A DNA stretch of 64,000 bases from Phycisphaerales bacterium (GCA_965227775.1 OZ245777.1:2592001-2656000); one strand, 5' to 3'; counted from the stretch's first letter, positions 40,830 to 50,623 are shown. The notes: a model not told the origin generated them from the sequence alone. Program-made: numbers and translations.

Positions 40830-41930
40830 ATGGATCGCATCGCTTCGACCGTTTCCGTTCTCGCGCTTCTCGCCGCTAGTGGCATGGCCCTCGGCCAGCA
40901 CACCGACGGGATGACGCTGTCCGAGGAAGCCGCCCCGTCCGATCGCGCCGGCTGGCTGGCCCTCGGCGACGCCCTGTTCACGCCCGAGAACGTCAGCGTT
41001 CTGACCGGCGACACGGGCAACCTGGGCATCGAGTTTGCTTGGGGCTACTACTGGCTCACCCACAACGGCGACTTCGCCACCGGCACGCAGGTGCTCGTCC
41101 AGTTCGACACCAACTTCAACGTCGTGGAGACCTATCTCCAGCTGACCAACTCGCCCTCGTGGGGCCAGCGTGACGGTGCCTCGATCGAGAGCGAGAACCG
41201 ACTGTTCTTCGGTGCCGAGGGCGGCGAGCTCTGCGAGTACGTCTTCGATCCGGGCACCCAGCGCCTGGACCTTGGTGCCTCGACGCTCGGCGTCTCGGGC
41301 GCGCTGACCACCGTTCGCGCTCTGGCGTACGACCCGACTCGCGAGCAGTTCTACACCAAGGACTTCAGCCAGAACATCAACATTCTCGACCGTGACGGCT
41401 TCCTGGTCGACCTGGTCGCCGCCGACGTGTCCGCTTATGGCGCCGCGTACGACGCGATCAACGACACCGTCTGGTTCTACGGCTACATCGACGTGGGCGC
41501 CGGCACGACCATCCCCAACACCCGCGCGGTCGAGTGGGACCCGGATTCCGGCGTGCTGACCGGTCGCGAGTTCGACGCGGTTGGCTCCTCGCCGTCCGCC
41601 ACGCTCGTGTACAGCCTCCCCGGTGGTTTTGACATCCACACCGAGGGCGACTGCACCTACGCCATCGCCATGAACCAGGGTGGCGAGGACACCGGCGCTG
41701 CTGACCCGACTGACATCGACTTCGTCAGCTTCTGGGAAATCGCCGGCGATTGCTCCGGTGGCGGTTGCCGCGTCGACCTCGATGGCGACGGCGAGCTGAC
41801 CCTGTTCGACTTCCTCACCTTCAGCAACCTCTTCGACAGTGGTGATCCCGCCGCCGACTTCGATGGCGACGGCAGCCTGACGCTGTTCGACTTCCTCACC
41901 TTCTCGAACGAGTTCGACGCCGGCTGCTGA
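40830..41930 (+). CDS. Secreted beta-propeller-like protein with dockerin-GC module (TFSN subtype)
   Basis: Strong RBS AAGGAGAGG; signal peptide; blade-like repeats ALAYDP/AAYDA; ends FSNEFDAGC. Confidence 0.85.
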   Translation: MDRIASTVSVLALLAASGMALGQHTDGMTLSEEAAPSDRAGWLALGDALFTPENVSVLTGDTGNLGIEFAWGYYWLTHNGDFATGTQVLVQFDTNFNVVETYLQLTNSPSWGQRDGASIESENRLFFGAEGGELCEYVFDPGTQRLDLGASTLGVSGALTTVRALAYDPTREQFYTKDFSQNINILDRDGFLVDLVAADVSAYGAAYDAINDTVWFYGYIDVGAGTTIPNTRAVEWDPDSGVLTGREFDAVGSSPSATLVYSLPGGFDIHTEGDCTYAIAMNQGGEDTGAADPTDIDFVSFWEIAGDCSGGGCRVDLDGDGELTLFDFLTFSNLFDSGDPAADFDGDGSLTLFDFLTFSNEFDAGC

Positions 41931-41966
41931 TCGACCTTCCGTCGGTCAACATCCAGTAACACAAGC

Positions 41967-42008
41967 CACGGCCCCGGATCGCTACCAGATTCGGGGCCGT
42001 GTTGTATT
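41967..42008 (+). terminator. Intrinsic terminator
   Basis: CACGGCCCCGGATC / GATTCGGGGCCGTG stem followed by TTGTATT. Confidence 0.65.
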
Positions 42009-42183
42009 CGTGGTCGGGCCATGCGTTTCAGCATCTTGCTCCGAGCTCCGATTCATCGCAAGATGTGCAACACTCGCGCGCTCTCCGACTAATGACAGAG
42101 TGTCCGTGTTGCTACGGCCTCAGTAGCGCGTCCGGGGAGGGACGAGGGAGGCCTTCCTTTTATCCCCAGAGGGAGGATTTGGT

Positions 42184-42993
42184 ATGTATAGCAAGCTTGC
42201 AGTCCCCGCAGCGTTCACGCTGCTCGTTGCCGGTACGGCCCAGGCAGACCCCGTGCGTCTGTCGCACAGCCTCGAAGAGTTCCTTGTGACCGGCGGAACG
42301 GCCATCGCGTGCGCTTCGACCGGCACCCCCCAGACCAGCAGCGACAATCAGTTTTGGCGCGCATTCACGCTGAGCGATTTCGGCATCAGCGAGGCCGTTA
42401 CGATTGAGAATGTCGAGATCGGTATCGAGAACCTCGCGCTGCCCACGCTCATCGAAGCCGACATCACCATTAATCTCTATCAGGCTCCGGCGGGCTCTGC
42501 TCCTGCTTTCGGCCTGCAACTCATCGGCACCACTGTTGAGACGCTCACCGACCGTGCTCTCGAGGTCGTCACTGTGGACGTCTCCGGCGTGGTCAGCGCA
42601 GACAGCGCCCTCGTCGTCGAGGTCAACGTGCCAAACTTCCAGGACCTGTCCGGTGGCCTCACCGGCGATGTCTACTTCCCGGGAGCCAACTCTTTCGGCG
42701 AGACTGACGCGAGCTACATCAGCTCCACCGGGTGCAGCACTCCGAGCCCGACCGCCTACGGCGACATCGGGTTCCCCGAGGTCAACCTCATCATCATCGC
42801 TAACGGCGAGACCGGCGGCGTTGTCTGCCGTGTCGATCTCGATGGCGACGGTGAACTGACGCTGTTCGACTTCCTGACGTTCTCGAACCTGTTCGACGCC
42901 GGCGACCTGGTTGCCGACTTCGATGGTGACGGTTCGCTGACGCTGTTCGACTTCCTTACGTTCACCAACGAGTTCGACGCAGGCTGCCCGTAA
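42184..42993 (+). CDS. Secreted protein with dockerin-GC module (TFSN subtype)
   Basis: GGAGG RBS, signal peptide, 'NQFWRAFTLSDFGI'; ends FTNEFDAGCP. Confidence 0.85.
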   Translation: MYSKLAVPAAFTLLVAGTAQADPVRLSHSLEEFLVTGGTAIACASTGTPQTSSDNQFWRAFTLSDFGISEAVTIENVEIGIENLALPTLIEADITINLYQAPAGSAPAFGLQLIGTTVETLTDRALEVVTVDVSGVVSADSALVVEVNVPNFQDLSGGLTGDVYFPGANSFGETDASYISSTGCSTPSPTAYGDIGFPEVNLIIIANGETGGVVCRVDLDGDGELTLFDFLTFSNLFDAGDLVADFDGDGSLTLFDFLTFTNEFDAGCP

Positions 42994-43062
42994 GCCGATC
43001 CTCGTCTCCGCATAACATCACAAAGTCCTGGTCAGTCATCATCCTCCCCGAGGCTGACCAAT

Positions 43063-43100
43063 CCGGGCGGGTCCCAAAAAGTGGCCCGCCCGGGCTCTTT
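43063..43100. terminator. Hairpin terminator between convergent genes
   Basis: CCGGGCGGGTC...GGCCCGCCCGG stem followed by CTCTTT. Confidence 0.5.
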
Positions 43101-43109
43101 CGTTGGCAG

Positions 43110-44351
43110 TCAGTCGTTGCGGCTCAACCGAGCAATGAGCACGGCCAGCAACTGGCATCGCTCGACGAGGCTCGCAAGCTCAATCCACTCGGTGGGCGTA
43201 TGCAAGCCGCCGCCGCGCACGCCAAGCGTATCGATCGTGGGCAAACCGGCATCCTGCAGGATGTTCCCATCGCACACGCCGCCCGTGCTCGCGAAGGGTA
43301 ACCGCTGGCCGAGTGCCTCAGCAACCGCGCGAGCGTGCAACGCGAGCGACTCGGTCTGCGGCGTCAAAGGCTTTGCGGGACGGTTGAACGAACGCCGCAC
43401 GATCACCGCGGCTCGATCGTCATCACAGGAAGTGTTCTCGGTGGCAAGAGCGTCGAGCGCAGCGCCCATTTGATCGCCGATCTCTTGATTTGGATACCGA
43501 GCATTGCCCCATGCCGCCGCATGGTCGGGAACGGCGTTGGTCGCCGTCCCGCCCTCAACCGGCCCGATGCTCATGATGTACGAGTCTTCCTGCTTCGGAT
43601 CGGCCAAGTCGCCCACGGCTGACATCGCACGCGCAAGCGCGGTCACGGCGCTCACACCGCCTCGGAAGTCTCGGCCGACGTGCGAGGAGCGCCCGATCGT
43701 CTCGATCATGAACTGGCCGCTGCCCATGCGCTCGATGGCGAGCTCTCCCCCAGGGAGTGCCGGCTCCAGCGCGAGGCCAAAGTCGTGCAAGCGAGCCTGC
43801 TCACGCAGCGCTGCCTCGCTGTGGTAGCTGCCGGTTTCTTCGTCGGCGTTGAGCATGTAGGTCCAACTCGCGGGCACACCGGCTTCCTCGAGGCTCTCGA
43901 GGGCACACGCGGCGATGACCAGGCCACCTTTCATGTCGACGCAGCCCGGTCCGACAGCAGACTTCCCATCCTGGCTGACCGTCAATTCGCGGAAGGGCCC
44001 GTCGGCCGGGTGCACCGTGTCGAGGTGCCCAGCGATGAGGACGCGTCGCATGTCATTCTTCAGACGCCCGAGGACGGCGGTAGGTGGGACGCCGTCAGCT
44101 GCTGCACCACGCAACCAATCCGGTCTTGAGTCGCCCTCAACGAGCGACTCGGTCGCACCGAGCTTCTTCATGCGATCGGCAAACACTCGCCGCGTCGCGT
44201 CGATGCCTTCTCCGCCGCCGGGCCCTGTCGGCGTTTCGACGTGTCGTTTCAGATCCTCGAGCAAGAACCCGGCTTTCGACTCGATGATGTCGCAAGCCTG
44301 GCGCTCTTCCGCTGTCAGTTCTATCGCTGTTTTGGGCGTTTTCGTGCTCAC
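43110..44351 (-). CDS. M20 family metallo-hydrolase (glutamate carboxypeptidase-like)
   Basis: GHLDTV, GPGCVDMKGG, DEETGS, LEP, GVCDGN, GLH; GTG start overlaps the dapF stop. Confidence 0.9.
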   Translation of the reverse strand: MSTKTPKTAIELTAEERQACDIIESKAGFLLEDLKRHVETPTGPGGGEGIDATRRVFADRMKKLGATESLVEGDSRPDWLRGAAADGVPPTAVLGRLKNDMRRVLIAGHLDTVHPADGPFRELTVSQDGKSAVGPGCVDMKGGLVIAACALESLEEAGVPASWTYMLNADEETGSYHSEAALREQARLHDFGLALEPALPGGELAIERMGSGQFMIETIGRSSHVGRDFRGGVSAVTALARAMSAVGDLADPKQEDSYIMSIGPVEGGTATNAVPDHAAAWGNARYPNQEIGDQMGAALDALATENTSCDDDRAAVIVRRSFNRPAKPLTPQTESLALHARAVAEALGQRLPFASTGGVCDGNILQDAGLPTIDTLGVRGGGLHTPTEWIELASLVERCQLLAVLIARLSRND

Positions 44352-45241
44352 GTCGTGAGGATAGCAACCGGCGAACCCGACCACGTCCCATCGAACACGA
44401 ACGCTGCGGGGCCGCACTGCCGCACGATGGCGTCGCCACCCGACTCCAGGGAAGACCAGGAGACCCGCAGATCGCCACCGGGCAGCGTGAGCGTTGCCTC
44501 ATTATCCGTCAGCCCGGCGATGACGGCTGCGACAAGGGTCGCACACGCACCCGTGCCACACGCACGCGTCGGCCCCGACCCACGCTCCCAGGTATGGACA
44601 ACAGCATGGCTGGGTGACTCAACCCTCACCAGATGGGCGTTAATTCGCTCGGCAAACGCCGGGTGCCGCTCGATCTTCGGACCAAGCCGTCGCACCTCGT
44701 CAGCCAGGTCATCCCCCAGCCAAGGATTGTCACGCGTAAATGCTACCGCGTGCGGATTGCCAATCGACACGTGCGAGAACACGAGACGTCCGCCATCGAC
44801 TTCGATCGTCGGTGGGGTGCTCGCGTCGAGCATGGGCCGATCGATATCGCAATCCGCCAACGCCAGCCCGGGCGAGCCCATCGCCACGCGAACGAGCCCG
44901 TCGTCGAGCGGCTCGCACGCAAGCACACGCGTGCCAGACTCAATGTGCAGCGTTGTGCCAACTACTCCCAGGCGATCGCGCACAAACCTTGCGACGCATC
45001 GCGTGCCGTTGCCACACGCTCCCGATTCACTCCCATCAGCATTGAACGTGCGCATCCGAGCATGATTCACGGCGTTTTCCGGTGCGCAGATCAGGATGAC
45101 ACCATCGCCTCCGACGCCGGTGTGCCGATCGCTCAACTCCACCGCGAGGCTTGGCCAGTCAAGCTGCGCGAGCTGCGGCTCGGTGATCGCATCGATGTAG
45201 ACGTAGTCGTTGCCCAGCCCGTGCATCTTCGTGAACCGCAT
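44348..45241 (-). CDS. dapF: Diaminopimelate epimerase
   Basis: MRFTKMHGLGNDY, ACGNG, GNPHAV, ERGSGPTRACGTG; alternative start 45271. Confidence 0.95.
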   Translation of the reverse strand: MRFTKMHGLGNDYVYIDAITEPQLAQLDWPSLAVELSDRHTGVGGDGVILICAPENAVNHARMRTFNADGSESGACGNGTRCVARFVRDRLGVVGTTLHIESGTRVLACEPLDDGLVRVAMGSPGLALADCDIDRPMLDASTPPTIEVDGGRLVFSHVSIGNPHAVAFTRDNPWLGDDLADEVRRLGPKIERHPAFAERINAHLVRVESPSHAVVHTWERGSGPTRACGTGACATLVAAVIAGLTDNEATLTLPGGDLRVSWSSLESGGDAIVRQCGPAAFVFDGTWSGSPVAILTT

Positions 45242-45267
45242 GCCGCCCTCCGTGCGCGAATGCGAGG

Positions 45268-46689
45268 TCATATCGAGAACCACCCCTGCGAGAGCCCGAT
45301 TAGCGTGACCGCACCGCCAACCGCCAGCGTCAAGAGCGTAGCCAATCGAAGCACCCGAACCCGACGATCAACCGGCAGGCGTCGAGCGTCCAAGCCGTTC
45401 AGCTTCGCCAGGGCCCGCTGGCGTTGCCGAACCGAGCCGTGGCGGAAGCCCCAGCGCTTGGGATCGACGCCGTTGAGTGCGCAAACGCGGTCGAGGGCTG
45501 CCGCCATCGAGTCAGGACCAGGCGGGGATACGACGTCGCTGTCGACGCTCTCGCCATCCGCAAGAGCCGAGCCGAGCGCGACCGCCGCTCGCGCATCGGC
45601 ATGTCGCTCGATAAGCCGACTGATGAACCCGAATCCGAGCACGGCGGCAGAAGCAACGAGTAGGAGCGATACAAGCTCCGAGAAACCTCGCCCAAGTCCA
45701 CCGTTCAGCATGAGCCACGCCAGTGCGGGCTCGACGAGCCCCAGCGCGGTTACGAGCGCGAGCATTGCCAGCACGATCCAGAGCACATGGTGCTGACGCA
45801 CGTGTGCCAGCTCGTGCGCCACGACCGCATCGAGTTCATGTCGAGGCATACCGCGGAGCAGCGGCTCGGTAACGAGCATGTAGCGAGCCCGCGGCAGCAG
45901 GCCCAGGATGGCCGCGTTGGCCGAAGGATGCGACCAGAGGCGAACACCCGTGATACGGGCGCCCATCTGCTTGCAAAGCCAGTCGATGCGTTCGCGGACC
46001 TCGCCCGACTCGAGCGAGCGCGTACCGAGCACGCGGACGATAATCGCCGGCGCAAAGGCAACGATGGCAATGGTGCCAGCAATGTCAATGGTGCGCCAGA
46101 CCAGCGCCGGTTGTCCGTCGAGCAGTGCTGCGACAGCCTCGTGCCAGGTCACGATCAGCAGCACAGGCACGAGCGGCATGGCGAGCATGGCGCGAGCCCG
46201 GCCGACGGTCGCCTCCCATCGCGTGGGGGGGCGGTCCGCGATTCCACCGGCGTCCAACTCTCGGACGAGCAGCGCCTGCCGCATGCGGTCGTGTAGCGGG
46301 TGCTCGGCCCAGGTGATGACCAGCAACGCGAGCAGCGGCGGGGCGACCGCCGCAATCTCATCGAGCGCGACCCATGAGCCCATGAGCGACTCGACCGCTC
46401 CAAGCCCGTTGGCGGTCACGCTCCAAATGGCGAACGGGAGCACCACCAACCAACGGAGCTTCTCACCCTGCCCAAGCCCGCGACGCAGGAGCTTCCACGA
46501 GCCGCGGTACGCGGCGGCCCGAGCACACGCCGGCAGAGCCACGAGTGCGACGCAGGCCACCAAGAAGGACCAACCGATGGCAACGAGAAACTGCCAGCCG
46601 TTGCTGGCATCGCCGGTCTCTCGCGCAGCAGCGAGGTCATTGCCCAAGAGCAGGCCCACGAGGATGATCAAGACGTGGATGCTGGGCAA
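45268..46689 (-). CDS. M48 family (Ste24/HtpX-like) membrane zinc metalloprotease
   Basis: Multiple TMs; NAA, HELAH, ERHAD, RHGS. Confidence 0.88.
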   Translation of the reverse strand: MPSIHVLIILVGLLLGNDLAAARETGDASNGWQFLVAIGWSFLVACVALVALPACARAAAYRGSWKLLRRGLGQGEKLRWLVVLPFAIWSVTANGLGAVESLMGSWVALDEIAAVAPPLLALLVITWAEHPLHDRMRQALLVRELDAGGIADRPPTRWEATVGRARAMLAMPLVPVLLIVTWHEAVAALLDGQPALVWRTIDIAGTIAIVAFAPAIIVRVLGTRSLESGEVRERIDWLCKQMGARITGVRLWSHPSANAAILGLLPRARYMLVTEPLLRGMPRHELDAVVAHELAHVRQHHVLWIVLAMLALVTALGLVEPALAWLMLNGGLGRGFSELVSLLLVASAAVLGFGFISRLIERHADARAAVALGSALADGESVDSDVVSPPGPDSMAAALDRVCALNGVDPKRWGFRHGSVRQRQRALAKLNGLDARRLPVDRRVRVLRLATLLTLAVGGAVTLIGLSQGWFSI

Positions 46690-46716
46690 GAGGCGTGGCC
46701 GATCGGTTGCAGGCGA

Positions 46717-48243
46717 CTAGTTGCCGTCGATCATGGACGGCACGCGGGGGAGAGCGCCCAGGTCAACGCTCGCCGGAGCATCGGTGAACGCGTCGACGTT
46801 GAGCTCGTCCTCGCTGATGGACGTAATCACGACACCCATGCGTCCCTGGGCACGGGCTTGGTCAAAGTCCTCGGCGCTCGGCCCGGCGAAGCGGCTGTTC
46901 CGCTTCCGCATGACGTGGAAGTGGTACATCGCGAGAGCCCGCACGCTCTGCTCAACCATATCGGAAGAGGCCACGAACTGATCGTCACCCTTCCGGTGCT
47001 GCGGCCTTGGTGGGTACATCTGCGCGACGAACCGGCCCGAGCTGTCGACGAACAGCAGCCCTCCGTATTCGGTCGTGTCGTCTTCGTGGTCCATTTCGAC
47101 TTGCTCGAAAATCCGACGCATGACGTCCGGGTCGTGCAACGCAACATCGACGGCGAGCATGCCGAGCAGATCGCCCCAGGTCAACCGTGGAGCACTCTCG
47201 TCGAGTAGCTGAGGTATGCCGCGAAGATCACGGCTGTCGGCACGCCGGGGTGTTGTCTCGCGGTCACCGATGCGCGCCCGCAGGCGGCCTTCGAGCTGCA
47301 GCGGGGTGTCACGCATCCACGGCTCGCGATAGATCGACGCCCACCGGAGCGCCTCGAGATTGCGCAGCTTTAGGCCCTCGGCCTGCTCAGGGCTCAGCCG
47401 CGACACTGCCTGCGAAGTCTCCTGCCACCAGCGCCCGCGGGCGTCTTGAGAGAGCGTCAGGAGCCAGCGGAGCTCCTCACCGTTGCGGGGCACGACGCCC
47501 AGCTCGCTCAGGCCGCTGCGAATCGCTCGGAGCGTCAGGGCGCCCTGCTCGTCGGTGGGGAGATCGTCGCGAATGAGCACTAGGCGGCGGGCCTCGCCGC
47601 TTGGGTCGAGCCTCGCGAGCAGGTCCCACGCGGCCTCGCGGGCGCGGGCGTCCAGGTCGATCGAGCCGAGCGTGCCCTGGCGTGGATTTAGGAACACCCG
47701 GGTCGCGACCAGTTCGAGCGACTCGCCGGGGTTGAGTGACTCGAGGATCACGCGTTCGACGCGTTGTTCGTCAGAGATCTCCGCATCGGGGATGGCATAC
47801 GAGCGCACGAACGCGGCGCTCAGGTCTTGCCAGCCTCGGGCGACGGCCTGGCGGCCCATGCGACGGATGACCTGGTAGTCCTGCTCGGTGGGCACGCGGG
47901 CACGGATGAAGTTCTGTGAGTCCTGCAGGCCCGACCAAGAGTCGTCGCTCATCAGCAGGTCGATCGCCGCCAACCGAAGGTCCTGGGGCGTCTGGGCGCT
48001 CCAGACGAGGTCCTTGAGCGGCTCACGGATCGGCTTGCGGTTGCCCTCGGCATTCTCCCACGCCGCCTGCATCGCCTCGATGCGCTGGGGTACCCGTAGT
48101 TCGGGGTTCTGGAAGTCGGTGAGTGGGTCGCCGCTGAGCTTCTGCGTACGGCTGGCGCACGCGGGGAGCAATGCGCTCACCGCGGCGAGCATGGCAAGGA
48201 AGGCGACCAGAAATACGACACGTGTTGCTGCGGATCGCTGCAT
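46717..48243 (-). CDS. Lipoprotein with C-terminal JAB/MPN (JAMM)-like domain
   Basis: Lipobox LPAC; helical N-terminal region; C-terminal EYGGLL...YHFH-x11-PSAED. Confidence 0.7.
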   Translation of the reverse strand: MQRSAATRVVFLVAFLAMLAAVSALLPACASRTQKLSGDPLTDFQNPELRVPQRIEAMQAAWENAEGNRKPIREPLKDLVWSAQTPQDLRLAAIDLLMSDDSWSGLQDSQNFIRARVPTEQDYQVIRRMGRQAVARGWQDLSAAFVRSYAIPDAEISDEQRVERVILESLNPGESLELVATRVFLNPRQGTLGSIDLDARAREAAWDLLARLDPSGEARRLVLIRDDLPTDEQGALTLRAIRSGLSELGVVPRNGEELRWLLTLSQDARGRWWQETSQAVSRLSPEQAEGLKLRNLEALRWASIYREPWMRDTPLQLEGRLRARIGDRETTPRRADSRDLRGIPQLLDESAPRLTWGDLLGMLAVDVALHDPDVMRRIFEQVEMDHEDDTTEYGGLLFVDSSGRFVAQMYPPRPQHRKGDDQFVASSDMVEQSVRALAMYHFHVMRKRNSRFAGPSAEDFDQARAQGRMGVVITSISEDELNVDAFTDAPASVDLGALPRVPSMIDGN

Positions 48244-48332
48244 GGTGCAATACTATCGGTAGGCGAACGCCGATCGTCCCAGCCGATCCGCCAGATCGCC
48301 CATCGCCCGGCTACCACGGAGGACTTGACCAC

Positions 48333-48638
48333 TTGGCGAAGGAACACAGCCTGCCTCAAGCCGCCCAGAATCCCGCCGGTCGGGACGCCGGAGGCCCTGC
48401 GCCAACGGGCAGCTCCGAGGAGCGAGTTCGGCAGGTGATCGAGCAGATCCGGCCCAGCATTCAGGCCGACGGTGGCGACGTCGAGTTCCTGGAGTTCACC
48501 CAGGAGGGCGTGGTCCGGATCAGGCTCCACGGGGCGTGCGTGGGGTGCCCGAGCAGCAGCCTGACACTGCAGATGGGCCTGGAGCGCAACCTGCGCGAGC
48601 ACGTGCCCGAGGTCGAAGCGGTCGAAGCCATCGATTGA
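48333..48638 (+). CDS. NifU/NfuA C-terminal domain Fe-S scaffold protein
   Basis: IRPSIQADGGDVE, GACVGCPSS; TTG start after GGAGG. Confidence 0.9.
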   Translation: MAKEHSLPQAAQNPAGRDAGGPAPTGSSEERVRQVIEQIRPSIQADGGDVEFLEFTQEGVVRIRLHGACVGCPSSSLTLQMGLERNLREHVPEVEAVEAID

Positions 48639-48999
48639 GGCTCGCGTCACGGTGCGGCCAACATGAAACGGTCATGAGGCTGAGCCTTCCGGCGCCTACC
48701 CAAATTAACACCTCCGATCGATCGGCGGGCGCTAAGTCTTTGAATATCAGCGATCTGCGCGTTATCGGGGACGATCGGGGGGCGGCGGCGCGAAAAAATG
48801 CGCGAACTTTCTGCCTGTCGGTTACACTCACGGAACGTTGGTCTGTACGACCCGTGGTGGGGTCACCGATTCCGGGACGGACCGGGACCGGTGGGGCGTT
48901 CGAATCGGAGTGGGAAGAGGGATGGCGGCCCATGGTGGGGCCGCCGCGGACCGGCATGAGAGGCCGGCCTCCGCAAAAGAGCCGCATGGTGGTGCTGCG

Positions 49000-49239
49000 A
49001 TGCTTGTGATCACGAGGCGTGAGGGCGAGGAAGTGGTGGTCGGCGACCCGAAGAACCCCATCGGGGTGGTTCGGATTGCCTCGATCAAGGGCGACCGCAT
49101 CCGGCTCGCCTTCGACTTCCCGAGGACGATCGACGTGCACCGGCGCGAGGTCGCGGAGCAGATCGCGGCCGAGGGCGACGACGATGCCCCCGCGCCCGAG
49201 ATCGAGGTGCGCGTGAAGGACGCGGCGGCGCCGGCCTAG
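49000..49239 (+). CDS. csrA: Carbon storage regulator CsrA
   Basis: MLVITRREGEEVVVG...IRLAFDFPRTIDVHRREV. Confidence 0.9.
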   Translation: MLVITRREGEEVVVGDPKNPIGVVRIASIKGDRIRLAFDFPRTIDVHRREVAEQIAAEGDDDAPAPEIEVRVKDAAAPA

Positions 49240-49312
49240 TTCAGCTCAGAACTGGTACGACGTGCGGGGCGGACCGGGAACGGACGCCTCGGTTGTTGTG
49301 TTGGCCCGTGGC

Positions 49313-50623
49313 CTACGGGCAGCCGGCGTCGAAGGCGTCCTCGAAGAACGTAAAGTCGAGGGCCGTCAGTCGGCCGTCGGCGTAGAAGTCCGCCTGTGGC
49401 TTGCCCATCGCAAACGCGGTCTGGAAGGCCAAGAAGTCGAAGACCGTGAGCGTGCCGTCGCGGTCCAGGTCCGGCGGGCACGTGACGAGCGGAACGCACT
49501 GGTTCAGGGCCACGGTGACGTTGCCGCTCTCGTCGTTGGCCACGGCGAGGTCGATCCCGCCGTTGTTGTTGAGGTCGGCGACGCCAACGAATACCGGCTT
49601 CGGGCCGGAGAAGAAGCCCGCATCGCGATCAAAGTTTGCGTTGCCATCATTGAAGTGCACGATCAGGGCGTCCCTGTCCGTGACGGCCAGGTCCTGATAG
49701 CCATCACCGTCGAAGTCGCCCATCGCCACCGACGAAGGCCGGATGCCGCCGGGGGAGCGACGCTGGCTTGCAAGGGTCCCGTCGCCGTTGTTGAGCAGCA
49801 CGCTCAAGTCGTCGCTCTGGAGGTTGACCACAGCAACGTCGCCGTCGCCGTCGCCGTCAAGATCGCCGATCGCAACGGACCATGGACTCTCACCCCCGTC
49901 GTACGACGCGGCGGGCTCGAAGCTGGCATTCCCTCGGTTCAGCAGCACGCTGACGTTGCCGCTGCCGCCATTGGCCACCGCCAGGTCCGAGTCGCCGTCG
50001 CCGTCCAGGTCGGCCGCCGCGATCGACCGCGGCTCGTCGCCGACGTTGAGGACGGCACCCGGCACCAGCGTCCCGTCGCCGACGCCAAGCAGCACGCCCA
50101 CGGTCGCACCACCCGCGTGCGTCACGGCGACGTCCAGGTCGCCATCGCCGTCCAGGTCGGCGAGTGCCGCCGACCACGGCCGCGGGCCGGCGTCGTAGGC
50201 CACGCCCGGAGCGAAGCCACCCGCGCCGTCGCCACGCAGGACGGTGACCGTGTTCGAGACCGGATTGGCGGCGACCAGGTCGGTCGCGCCGTCGCCATCG
50301 AGGTCGCCGGCCACGACCATGCGCAGGCCACGCTCTGCCAGTGCACGATCGCCGGGCGTGAAGCACCCCTCGCCATCGTTTCGCAGTAGGGCGACGTCGC
50401 CGCCGGCGAAGTCTGCAACGGCCAGATCCGGATGGCCATCGCCGTCGAAGTCCGCGATCGCCACCGACTGCGGCAACCGGCCCGCGTCGTAGCTCCAGCG
50501 GTTGAAGAGGCGGCTGCGATCGCAGGACTGGGCCAGCGCCGCCGGGGGCGCCAGTGCGATCAGGGCGAACGCGATGGCGGTGGTCGGCCGATGGGTGTGG
50601 TCGAGGCGACGGGTTCGTGGCAT
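49313..50623 (-). CDS. Secreted FG-GAP/VCBS repeat protein with divergent dockerin-GC module
   Basis: Seven 'P.SVA.ADLDGDGD.DLAVAN' repeats; ends CPPDLDRDG...FEDAFDAGCP; GGAGG before ATG 50623. Confidence 0.88.
   Translation of the reverse strand: MPRTRRLDHTHRPTTAIAFALIALAPPAALAQSCDRSRLFNRWSYDAGRLPQSVAIADFDGDGHPDLAVADFAGGDVALLRNDGEGCFTPGDRALAERGLRMVVAGDLDGDGATDLVAANPVSNTVTVLRGDGAGGFAPGVAYDAGPRPWSAALADLDGDGDLDVAVTHAGGATVGVLLGVGDGTLVPGAVLNVGDEPRSIAAADLDGDGDSDLAVANGGSGNVSVLLNRGNASFEPAASYDGGESPWSVAIGDLDGDGDGDVAVVNLQSDDLSVLLNNGDGTLASQRRSPGGIRPSSVAMGDFDGDGYQDLAVTDRDALIVHFNDGNANFDRDAGFFSGPKPVFVGVADLNNNGGIDLAVANDESGNVTVALNQCVPLVTCPPDLDRDGTLTVFDFLAFQTAFAMGKPQADFYADGRLTALDFTFFEDAFDAGCP

Noticed and set aside
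45268..46689. M48 protease as a CAAX-like processor of the Gly-Cys C-termini
   Set aside because: Only proximity supports it; the tails (GC, GCG, GCP, GCD, GCR) are not CAAX and Cys covariation favours a disulfide.
49313..50623. FG-GAP DxDGDG repeats as additional dockerins or a scaffoldin
   Set aside because: They follow the FG-GAP/VCBS propeller pattern; only the C-terminal module is dockerin-like.
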